From assembly GCA_965603825.1 (NCBI GenBank), contig CBFDEM010000036.1, forward strand, positions 806,001 through 870,000: a stretch of DNA of 64,000 bases. The letters run 5' to 3'. Source of the DNA: Blepharisma stoltei ATCC 30299. Taxonomy: Eukaryota > Protista > Ciliophora. Under the pieces are notes generated by a model. The model was not told the DNA's origin, did not search any database, and was given only the letters and a program-made list of their open reading frames with translations. Numbering within the stretch: position 1 is the first letter of the stretch; each line of letters begins with the position of its first letter. The translations under genes and the position numbers were made by a program. Positions 47,103-58,043 of this stretch are shown one piece after another.

Positions 47103-47456
47103 TAGTTTTTTATATATAATTAAAATTGATATATCATCCAAGGATAAAGAGAGGATAAAAAATATTATTCAGAAATGCTATTATCACTATATGGGAGAGA
47201 TTAAGATGCTATTTATTGGCTTTTTTGTATTTTCTAATATAAAACTTCAGTGAATCTGAAAAATAGCAATGCAGAAGCTTATTTTATAGTCTTTATATGT
47301 ATTTTTGTAATGAATCTGCAATTAAATGCTCAGCATGGTAAATCTGGTTGCAGATTTTTATTGCAGCACTAAGTAAATGGCCAATATTTCGTTGAATTAA
47401 AAAATCGCAAAAACCAGAAATCTTGTATAGATTAAGGGGTACTTGCTGCTTATAAT

Positions 47457-48317
47457 ATGGTTTCTCATAAAATCGGAAACTGATACCGAAGTGTAGCCGG
47501 TGCATTTATGTCTCAGCATAAAGAATCCCAATTCTTAGAATCTGGAAAACTTACTCCTGAAGAATTCCTAGTCGCAGGAGACCAGCTTGTTCACAGATGT
47601 CCCACTTGGACTTGAAATTCAAGCTCGCCCGGATATGAACAAAAGCATTTGCCTATTGACAAACAATTTCTGATCACAAGAGGAGTCCCATGCAGAAAGC
47701 GCATTAGCTCTATAGGAGAAAACGAAATTGAAGAAAAAGAAATAGAAGATGGCTGGGTTGTAGCTGAAACTCTCGGCCCAAAAGAAGAGCCAGATGAAAT
47801 CATCATTTCAAAGCCCCAAATTTCTAATGAAGAAGAAGAAATTCCTGACCTAGCCGATCTTCAAGGACAAGAATTAATCGATGAAAATGCTGCAGAGCCT
47901 GCTGCTCTTTTTGGAAATAATTATATATGTGCTGAAGAGCCAGTCGAAGCTATAATGAAAACTAGGGTTTATGATCTTTCTGTAACTTATGATACTTATT
48001 ATCAGACCCCAAGAATGTGGCTTACAGGGTATGATGAACACATGAACCCATTGGCCCCAGAAATGATGTTTGAAGATATCATGGGGGACTATGCACACAA
48101 AACGGTCACTATAGACAGACATCCTTGTGTAGGGAATGACCAAGTTTCTATTCACCCTTGCAATCATGCGAAAATGATGAAGCACTTTATTGATATGCTG
48201 GAGTCAAATGGGGCGCAGGCCCAAGTCCATCATGCAATATTCGTATTTTTGAAGTTTTTATCATCTGTGGTTCCTACGATAGAGTATGATTTTACTATGG
48301 ATTTAAGCTTAGAGTAA
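47457..48317 (+). CDS. ATG3: Autophagy E2-like enzyme ATG3
   Basis: [23 protein letters not shown][TGA=W], [20 protein letters not shown], catalytic SIHPCNHA and [15 protein letters not shown]. Confidence 0.96.
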
Positions 48318-48519
48318 TAACAAGTATAGCGCCTAATGTCTATTAGTTCCTTGTCTGATGTCTCCTAAGACAGTTAAGGGTGCTTTTAAAAAAACCCATA
48401 AAATATAAAATAATTAATATTCCCAATCTAAAAGTAATCTAATATCACTTTATCATGAAAAAACGCTGACCTTATAATGATGCAACAATATATTATAGAA
48501 AGATGTAGAATTAAACTAA

Positions 48520-48963
48520 TTAGCGAGCAAAATTATTTACCCATTGTCTGGCTGTTGCTACAAAGCCATCATAGTTGTTCATCATCTGTTGAGCGATTTC
48601 TGGCTCAACTGCATGTTCAGGGCTTGGACTGATGAGGGTGCTCATTATAAGTTCTATTATGTGTCTAATGTTTTTGGTTGGACTCCAGTTGGCTTGATAG
48701 AGCTCAGTACAGATAGACCCGTCATCACTCTTTACATTAGGATGGTAAATTCTAGTAGCAAACCTGGCATCTGGGGCTCTGAATGGATAATTGGCAGGAA
48801 TTGTAAGCAGAAGCTCGAAGTTTCCACCTTCATAAGGCGAGCCTTGAGGTCCAGAAAGGTTTACTCTCCATTGAGAAATATTGTCGCCAACAAGTGAAAC
48901 TGCGCAGTTTTCTGGAGGGTTTACACTAAGTTCTTGGAGCTCTTTATTGATGCGGCTTTGCAT
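48520..48963 (-). CDS. Ubiquitin-conjugating enzyme E2 (UBC4/5-like)
   Basis: GPQGSPYEGG, YPFRAP, TRIYHPNV...GSIC and WSP. Confidence 0.93.
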   Translation of the reverse strand: MQSRINKELQELSVNPPENCAVSLVGDNISQWRVNLSGPQGSPYEGGNFELLLTIPANYPFRAPDARFATRIYHPNVKSDDGSICTELYQANWSPTKNIRHIIELIMSTLISPSPEHAVEPEIAQQMMNNYDGFVATARQWVNNFAR

Positions 48964-49666
48964 TTTTATTATATGGCCATTGGCAAGGAGCTAATTAGTT
49001 TTTATAATGCTGCTCTATAAGTATAGCTTTTAGCGGATTTACCGCATGCCTAAACTGTTTTTCAGAAGATTCTTTATTCTTGCTATAAAAACTTGGAGCA
49101 GCATTAAGGAAAAATATTGATCCAATTTCCCACTGTTTAGAAAACAAGAGAAATATAAAGAGCAATAAAAATTGAATAAATATAGCATTGTCATGATTCT
49201 TCTTTAAATTCTTCATTTAAAACAGCAAAAATATTAGTTATCTATTCTAAGAGAAAACCTTATTTATAAAATATGGATTCTTTCAACTTACCTTTCTCAA
49301 TATAGCTTGCATTATCATTATAATTACTATAGGATTACCCTAAGATCAAGGTGATTTTAAAAAGCGAGATTTGTGATAAAATATCGTAATTCTTCAGAAA
49401 TGATATCACAAAATTTATTATCTTTTCCCTTGATTTTTATTAATCCTTTTCTAGATTAATTAATTATCTAAAAGTGATAAATGGCAATAGAGAAGCTACT
49501 AGTCTTTCTTTAAAAAATTACATCAAAATTTCCGAACTATTAAAAAAATCATTTTTCTATAAATTCCTATTTCAATCCTCTCCCCAAACAAAAATTTTTA
49601 TTCTAAATCCTTATCAGCGCAAAATTTTTCTCATAAAAATGTCTTAGCTAATCACAATTTTATTTA

Positions 49667-51205
49667 ATGGCAGAGATTAGATCGGAAATCACAAATGAGG
49701 CTGATACCTATAATGAAGATCAAAAAATAAAATCTTTATATACCCCTCTCCAAGAAAATATTCAAACCATCAAACAAGGAATGCACAATACATATACATA
49801 TTTTAGCATTGAAGTCCTTGATACCTCAAAAATGCTAACAATCTAGTAAATCATATACAGCGCAGAGCCATGTAACGAAGAAAGCGACCCAGATATTTAT
49901 CTTTCTAATACTACACCATATGTCGATATGAGTACATCATAATTAGATAACTATATATGAGAATCAACAAAAATCGGTGCAGATAAGCTTCAAATTCACC
50001 CATACGACGCAGGATTTAAAGTAGGGACTTATTATATTGGTGTCCACGCATATAAGCAAGGCCTTAATACTTTTAAAGTTTGGTACACTTTAACAGAAAT
50101 CCCAATTTCATTAGAGCTCAATCAAGTGTATACAGGGATAGTCCATGATTGAAAATATTTTAAATTCCCAATCAAACATGCTGGGGATAGCAGAATTGAA
50201 GTAAAACTGAGTCCTGGGTATGGAAAATTAGCATTATTTGTGTCAAAAGATCTTTATTACCCAAGCGAAAAAGAGCACCAATGAAGCTTAGGATTTTATG
50301 GTGACATTAGCATTTTTGATGATGATTTCTTCGGCAGCACTTATGACGTGCTAGATCTTGACCCATATGATGAATATTTAAAGAGAAACTACACAAGGAG
50401 GCCAACTGCACTAGAATTAGAAAGAATCGCAAAATTAGAAGAAACTGAGCCAAGACGAACAGATGGAGGAGAGCTCAGATTTTGTATTGATTCTGATGAT
50501 TGGAAATGCACAAGTGAAGCTTGTTTTGTAAGTGTGAGAAATTTGACTAATGAAGATGTGGAGTTTAATATATCACAAAGAGAAGTCCCAGAGGTAGAAC
50601 TGGTGCCACCTGAGCTTGCACACCGTTATCAGTATTTTACAAAATTATTTGAAGATGTCGATGGAGGGAATGTATCTGGAGCTGAGAGAAAAAGGCTGAA
50701 AATTACGGGAAAATGCGAATTCACGTATGGGGAAATTGAATTTATGCATATGGTACCGATATTTGAACTATGCAAGCCAAAAGAAGGAGAAGTTTTTTAT
50801 GATTTAGGATGTGGTGCTGGAAAATGCTTAGTAGCGGCTGCACTAGCATTTCCAAACTTGAGACTTTGTAAAGGGATTGAGCTTTTACCTGGTCTTTGTG
50901 ATTTATGTAAAAGAACTGTCGATTCTATGTACGGCGAAATCCAGGCTGCTCCAATCGAAGTAATTCAAGGCGATATTTTAGAAATCGACTGATCAGACGC
51001 TGACATAATTTATACCTCAAGCATCTGTTTCCCCCAAGAAATCATAGAAGGTATGCTTGTGAAAGCAAGCCAGCTTAAAAAAGGCTCAAGAATCATCACC
51101 CTGAAGCTTTTTCCTCCAAACGAAGTTTTCGAAACAAAATTCAATGTCAGAGTGAAAATGACCTGGGGTAAAACGGCTGTTTATGTCTTAGAAAAAATAG
51201 TTTAA
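49667..51205 (+). CDS. DOT1-like class I SAM-dependent methyltransferase with N-terminal PPC-like domains (~502 aa, two introns)
   Basis: FTYGEI, FYDLGCGAGK, KGIEL and QGDILEID[TGA=W]SDADIIYTSSICF. Introns 49846-49860 and 49932-49946 link the N-terminal half. Confidence 0.8.
49846..49860 (+). other. 15-nt intron
   Basis: GTAAATCATATACAG; in-frame stops if retained. Confidence 0.85.
49932..49946 (+). other. 15-nt intron
   Basis: GTACATCATAATTAG; in-frame TAA. Confidence 0.85.
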
Positions 51206-51229
51206 TTAATAAACAAAAGTTATTCTTTA

Positions 51230-52507
51230 TTAAAGTTCGGAAAAAGCTTTATGCACTTTATCACGAACAAAGTCAACGCTTAGCCCCAAGTCATCTGCAA
51301 GTTCCTTCGGACAAGGAACAGACTCACTTCTATAATGCTGCCCCATAAGCACAACCTTTAAGGCTTTGGTTACATGCTCAAGCTGCTTTTCAGCAGACTC
51401 TAAAGCGTTGTTACCACTTGGAATGCATAAAGAAATAATTTCAGTCAAATTGACATCTGGTCCTTTATAATGTGGCATGGAAAGTCAAGGATGATTAAGC
51501 AAATCTCCCACCTTGCCTCGACTTGTTGGGCTGCTTTTTAAACATAAACATAAGAAATCTCTTGCTTCAATTGAAAGTTTTGAAAGGAAAAATTGCTGCT
51601 GAATTGAGTGCAAGAAGCAGCAGTCGTTGTCTTCAGTGACATCAAATATATCAAGTTCACCTATTAGCATCATCAAAATCATATACCCTAGCTCATAAAT
51701 ATCAGCCTCCAGCTCATTCGAAGGGGCACTTAGCCACCTTTCATGCCTTGGGGTGAATTTTACATTCCCTTTTTTCGTCACTATAATATGTGCTGGAACC
51801 AGCCCTCCAAAGCAAATGTTTTTTCTATGGAAAAATGATAAGCACTCCAAGGCTCCTTTTGCAATTAAAGCAGCCGATTTTTCATTTACACTTCCTATAG
51901 TATCAACAATATCCGCTAAGCTCGCATTTTGTGTGTACTCAGCGACAATACTTACACAGCCTTCAGGAGAGTTCCAGAACGTCGCATTTATTTCTGTCAG
52001 GTATTTACATTTTTTCTGATATTTTTGCCATTTTGAAATCCATTCTCTGAGGTGTGATCTTTCGTCTCGGGTATTTATTGGAATTTGTTTAATTATATAC
52101 AAGCCAAGTGTAGGTGCATGCAAAACTTTCCTGACAAATCCCTTAAGTGATCTGCTTGGGAATTGAGATAATGTAATCATTTCTTCTAACTGAACTTGGC
52201 ATTGTGGTAATATCGCATGGGTTTGGTTCTGCATTTTGGCTAATGGCTCAAATAGCTTGTCGTTGTCAAGGTTGCTTGGCATTCGCTCTAGCTGCTTGAG
52301 GACTCGGGTTAGGTTTGACCTTTCTTTGGGACCTAGTTTTAGAGGTGAAAGCAATTTCTGAATTTTTTTGTATTCTTCGATTTCAGCCATGTCGTCATAA
52401 GCTTTGTGGTGGTTTTGCTTCTTTGGAGGCATAAAAGGGCCTGGTAGTCGGGTTGTTACAATTGGCTTGCATGTAGACTTTTGCTTTTCATTGCTACTGG
52501 GAATCAT
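51230..52507 (-). CDS. MAP2K/STE-like pseudokinase (425 aa)
   Basis: Kinase fold (YIIKQI, VSIVAEY, ADIYELG, LLNHP[TGA=W]) but HRD is replaced by FGG and there is no DFG. Confidence 0.75.
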
Positions 52508-52721
52508 TTTAATTTTCCAAATCTAGGCTGTTTTATGGTATTAATCTGATAAAATAATATTGGAAAAAAAACAATAAGATTGCGAATCTTATACTTTTTT
52601 CATAGATGTGGCGATATAAAATTATTTTATTTAAAATTATTTTTTATGATAAAAAAATCTTTTATTTAACTACTCTCTAAACCTTTATTTTAAATACGCG
52701 ATATATATATTCAATGACACA

Positions 52722-54341
52722 TTATTGAGAAATTCATTCTCCTTTGCTTCTGCTCCTTCTTTTATGTTTAATAAAGCCATTAATGCTTTCAAGAATTCAT
52801 GGATGCTGTAAAGCATCAGCTGGCTTAATTCTTTCTTTTGGATCCCAATCCAAGCATTCTATATAAAATTTACTTTCTATTAAGTCAACAAACAAAGGGT
52901 CATTGCATCTAATTTTATCAGCTAAATTTTTAGTTGATGGATACCTCATTCTTCCTTTACTATTTGGCACAATTTTTGGCCTATCATCATTATCGAAAAA
53001 CATATTTTTTCTCGATGAAATTTCCAATAAGCTCCCAGGCGGAGTCCCCTTCATTTCCATCATGCACAAAAGCTGTTCTGCTTCATTTTCACCTGGAAAC
53101 AGTGGATATCCCAAAAAAAGTTCAGCAAGTACACATCCAAAAGACCACATATCAATCGCTTTTGTATATTCAATACCCAAAATTATTTCTGGAGCTCTAT
53201 AAAACCTGCTTTGAATATAAGTGTACATTTTCTCATTTTCAAAACAAGCTGAGCCAAAATCGATTATTTTAATGCCAGATTTATCACTTTGCTTTAAAAG
53301 GATATTTTCTGGCTTTAAATCACAATGAACAATATTATGCTCATATATGAATTTTAAGCAGCATAGCAGCTGCAAAGCAAATCTTCTGATTAAGCTGAGG
53401 GAAAACCCTTGGTATGAATTAGATTTCATTAGTTCGTATAGGTTGATGCTCAGCAGCTCAAAAGATATGCACAAATGCTTGCGGAAAGAAAAATGGTCTT
53501 TGATGTGAATAGCGTTCGATATGTCATTTGGGTCATTTGCTTTAATTAGCTCAAGCACTTTGACCTCAATTGCAGCTTGCTTGTGGAATCTTCTTTTATT
53601 TTTTATGATTTTTACTGCCACAAATTCTTGCTGCTTATGGTCAAAACACTTTACGACTTGTCCAAAGCTTCCTTTGCCCAGGACATCTTTAATTTCATAT
53701 CTATAAGCAATATGGTCTCCGGACACCAAAGTATAGTCACCTTTATCGTCGTCCATACCTTGATTTGGTGCATTCAAATTTGGCTTTGGTTTTTTGGCTC
53801 CTAAGCCTAAAAACCATATTTCTTTGTATTCAAGAATTTCTCCTTGCTCGCATAGACTCATATGAGGAGAAAACAATTCTAAAGCATACGAGGGTGTGAT
53901 AGGCAGATCTAAATTTTCGAAAATTTGTACTGGGTCAGTAAATGATGACCTGGTTTTGAGGTTGGGTGTATGCTTTTCTGTCACTGGGATTTCACAATCA
54001 ATGCAATCTGAGCTTAGAATAGAGATCCTCTTGCGACTTCTGTTTATTTTGTGGGTGCTTTGGGCTGAAATGCTGCTATAGTTGATTGTCGAATCAATTA
54101 ACAATGGAAGAACAAGTTCTCCTTTTTGCCCAAATAATGAAGTATTTTTCTTCTTAGAAGGTTGCATTAGCGATTTGGTGATCCTCCGTTTAACTGCTGA
54201 GTTTGAGAGTTCAATTGACTTCTGCTGTTTGGCTCTTCTGCTAGTAAGCGTTATAGTGCTGAGATTAAGAGTTTGGTTCTTCGGACTTTGCACCATAAGC
54301 TTTAGCTTGGCCAGTCTACTTCTTGGAGAAGACCTGTTCAT
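52722..54341 (-). CDS. DYRK2-class dual-specificity kinase (one intron)
   Basis: DDDKGDY DH box, GKGSFGQV, HCDLKPEN, DFGS and YTYIQSRFYRAPE. Intron 52859-52873 restores IEKCLDWDP; HP[TGA=W] follows. Confidence 0.94.
52859..52873 (-). other. 15-nt intron (no stop)
   Basis: GTAAATTTTATATAG; removes a 5-aa insertion from kinase subdomain XI. Confidence 0.85.
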
Positions 54342-54666
54342 TATAATTTATAATAATACGTAATCAATTCTTATTTTTAAAAAGGGATTTTCATGAAAGG
54401 AATAATTTCCTCAACGACATCGTTTCCTCTTCCCTGATTTGATTTAGAAATCATCATTCCCACCATTTAAAGTTATCCCTTATCTCAATAAACGTAATCC
54501 TATTGGTTTGAGTTATATGCAGTTTAATGCATAATACCTTATTAATGAGCGTCACCTTTATTATTTAGCCTATAAGCTGTAAGTATTTCTAAATAAAAAT
54601 TCATTAATTAGTCATAATAAGACACTTCACATTAAAATTTTGAATTTAAATGAACCTTAATGTTTC

Positions 54667-55617
54667 TTAACCAAAGTAAGAATTGGGGTAAGAAAATCCT
54701 GAGTTTATAAACCTCCCTTGTATGAATTTATGCTGCCTTGGCGCTTGGCCTTGCATGAAATCAGGGTAGACCGGATATACCAACGGGCCTTGTTGCATAT
54801 TTTGGTCAGGACATGCAAGAAAAGCTTTGAAATATGGTGGCAGGTTGTGCTTTAAAGCTTCTTCTGGAATTTTTAGCTCGTCCTCTGCAGGGCTTCTTGG
54901 AGTTGGATTTGATAAATTATAAAGCAAAAGTGGAGCTTCATCAGACACTTCTCCATCAGATTTTTTATCTTCGGTTTTCTCCTGAACTGGGCTTGGTTCT
55001 TCTTCAATTGAGTTATTATCTGCTCCTGTTTCCTCATTGGAAACTGTTTCTGGCTCTATTTCAGGGGTTTCTCTAAATAAATTTTACGTTTCTTTTTGTT
55101 GGAATTTTGAATAATCAAGGGCATTTTCTGCAGGTTTGGGTTTTAAAACCCTTGGAGGTGCTTCTTCTTTTAGTAGCAGCTCTGCATAATTAGGGTTTCT
55201 TAAGATAGTCCTTACAGAGCCTACCAGCCTTTCGCAATGCGGCTTAGATTTGTTGTATTTTTTCAGGTTTCTCCGCAATGCACTATAGAAATGGTTTTTG
55301 ATGGAGTTATCGGTTCGTCCTGGCAGCAAAGCTGCAATATCAGCCCAGCGGTTCCCATAAATTTTGTGGGCCTCGAACAGCTTTTTGTCCTCTTCAGGAG
55401 ACCAGGTTTCCTTTACTACATTTGGATCTAGATGATTGTGCCATCGCTCCCTGCATTGTTTTCCGGTTCGATGCTTGATATTGTATTTTTCTTGAAGATA
55501 ATTGGATATTAATGTTCATTTTTTGGTTCCGAACTCTGAAACCAAGTTTATGATCGCTTGATCTTCCTGTGTGGGTTTTACCTCTGTGCTCCAAGGTCGC
55601 CTCTCGTAAATAGACAT
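54667..55617 (-). CDS. R2R3-type Myb transcription factor (~306 aa, two introns)
   Basis: PWSTE|EDQ, GTKK[TGA=W], [16 protein letters not shown] and [23 protein letters not shown]. Introns at 55567-55581 and 55073-55087. Confidence 0.92.
55073..55087 (-). other. 15-nt intron
   Basis: GTAAAATTTATTTAG; in-frame TAA. Confidence 0.85.
55567..55581 (-). other. 15-nt intron (no stop)
   Basis: GTAAAACCCACACAG; removal restores the Myb motif WSTEED. Confidence 0.85.
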
Positions 55618-56089
55618 TTTTATTTTCCACTGATTTGCAGTTAAGTCATTTAGGTGGAGTTATGAGGAAAAGATGTGGAGGGATAGGCTAATTGGAAATG
55701 GTTTAAGGCAAGAGATGTAGGTTTTGGGGATTTTAAAAAATTTTTAATTGTGTGGGCTTTAAAACGCTTGGGGTTTGGAAATAAATGCGAATGTGGCACA
55801 TTTGTATATTAAATTTAGCTAAGGCTATTATAAAAGCATAATGATTATTATTTTTTAGATGTATTTTATGATTAAATAAAATTTTTTAAAAATCTTTTTC
55901 TTTTCAATATAATTATTTTAATAAGTTAAGCTGAGTCTATAGCTTATAAAAAATTGAGATTTTTTCTAAACCAAGAGACAAAATTAATGTTTTCTCCAAA
56001 ATGGTATTATCCCACAAGCAATTAGTAATTTTCTTCATTCAATAATAAAAACTCAGCATTATTATAAGAAGAGCTTAATTAGAATTTCA

Positions 56090-57979
56090 TTAACTCGGTG
56101 TCATAAAAGACCAGCCATCAAGCCTTTGAGCAGGCGTGGCTTCTTCTTCTAATTTCCCAAACATCCTTTCAGTCGTAATGTCTCGATACATCCTTTTAGA
56201 TTGATGAATTGGAGGCGCAGTGACCGTCTTATTCAGAAATGCATTCCAATCTATATTTTCAAAGAAAGGATGCTCTTTTATTTCATCAGCGTCTCTTTTA
56301 GAAGCTCCAAGCCTCTTGCTTGGGTCACGATTCAGCAGCTGCTTTATCAGTGATTTTGCGTTTTCTGACAGATTTTTGGGGAATCTCAGTTTTCCTCTTT
56401 GAATATTATTGAATAATTCTTCTCGGTTATGAGAATAATAAGGAGGAGAACCAACCATCATTTCATACAGCAAAACTCCTAATAAATACCAATCTACTGA
56501 ACGTGTATGGCCAGCCCTTCTCAGCATTTCAGGTGCTAAATAAGCAATAGACCCACAAAATGACCGATTTAGCTGCCCATCACTTACCCCTTCTTTAGAA
56601 AGCCCAAAATCAGTCAGTCTTGCATGGCCATCTTTATCAAGCACCACATTTCCAGGCTTTAAATCTCTAAAAAGGATTTCATGCTTATGCAGCTCTTCAA
56701 GCGCTAATAGTATTTCCGTAATATAAAACTTAGCTTTATCTTCATTAAACCTTTTTTCTCTTGACAGATACATCCCTAAATCCCCTCCAGGACAAAAATC
56801 CATCACAAGGACCAATTTTTCAGGTGTCTGGAATGAGTAATTTAGCTTAACAATAAATGGATGGGACAGTTTAAGCAAAATGTTTCTTTCAGTAAACGCA
56901 TATCTTACTAAATTGCTGCCGAAAACCTTTTCTTTTTTTAGGACTTTTAAAGCGAAGACTTCTTGGGTGTCTTTTTTCTCGACTAAATATACCTCGCCGA
57001 AGCTGCCTTTGCCAAGCTGCATTAGTCCACGAAAATCGTGAGGGCCCACTTTGGAAGGAGGCAATACAAGCTTAGGAGGGGACATTGAAATTGCTTTCTT
57101 TTCAGGCCTTATAAGTAGCTTTGGTCGCTCGTTAAAAAGATTAAGGTCTCTTAATGCAGGTTTCTTTGTACATTTTGCGAGCATTCTGTTGATTTGGTCG
57201 TCTCTGGAGTTATGCAAAAGAACACTATAAAAAGGAGTCCTTGTATAATGAGAGCTAGGAACAGGCAGATTTAGCTTTTGGCAATAATTGACAAATTCTT
57301 TATAGATTTCTATACTAGGAGATACATCAGCTGGGGTCCTATCCAAGTAGTCAGTAATTGTGATATCAGGGTTTGCTTTAAGCAATCACGAAACAATTGC
57401 AATATCCCCATGTATCGCCGCATAGTGAAGCGGGGTGCTATTATCGTCATCTTTTGCATTTATATTTGCGCCTTTCTGCACTAATAGCTGAGCTACTCCA
57501 AGATGCCCATGAAGTGCTGCTAAATGCAGAGGAGTCCTATTCATACTGGTCAGGGCATCAATATTTGTTTTATTTCCTATGGAAATTAAGATTTCTGAGG
57601 CTTCTAAAAACCCATATGATGACGCAAGATGGAGAGAAGTCCAGTCGTTTAAACCTCTTGCGTTAGGCTGAGCTACCATTTCTCCATATCTTGACCTATC
57701 AAGTAATTCTTTTATTCTGATAATGTCATTTCTTTCGACTGCTTCTCATAAATCAGTATTTGCTTTAGGATTGATATTATAGTTCTCAGCAGCTTCTATT
57801 GGATTTTGAACGCTTTTTGAATATTCTTTGTTTTCTTCAAGGACAGGGCTTGAACTTGTTGTGGATTTGGTTCCTGGGGTTGAGTTTGTGGAAAAATTCT
57901 TGTCTTCAATAACGTCGCTGGCTTCTTGGTCTCCGTACTCTTCTTCTGCGATTATTCCTAGCAGGTCTTTGCCTTTCAT
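56090..57979 (-). CDS. Ankyrin-repeat AGC kinase (Akt/SGK/S6K-like; 629 aa)
   Basis: Ankyrin TPLH repeats join via TGA 57746 and 57386 to GKGSFG, FALK, RDLKP, DFG and SFCGSIAYLAPE. Confidence 0.92.
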
Positions 57980-58043
57980 TATTTATACATATTATTGTCG
58001 AATTTTAAGATTTAGGTGTATATAGAATCTATATAAAAAACAG

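Noticed and set aside
55720-55780. G4T3-4 stretches (also near 39482-39496) as telomeric repeats
   Set aside because: Only isolated single units, with no tandem array.
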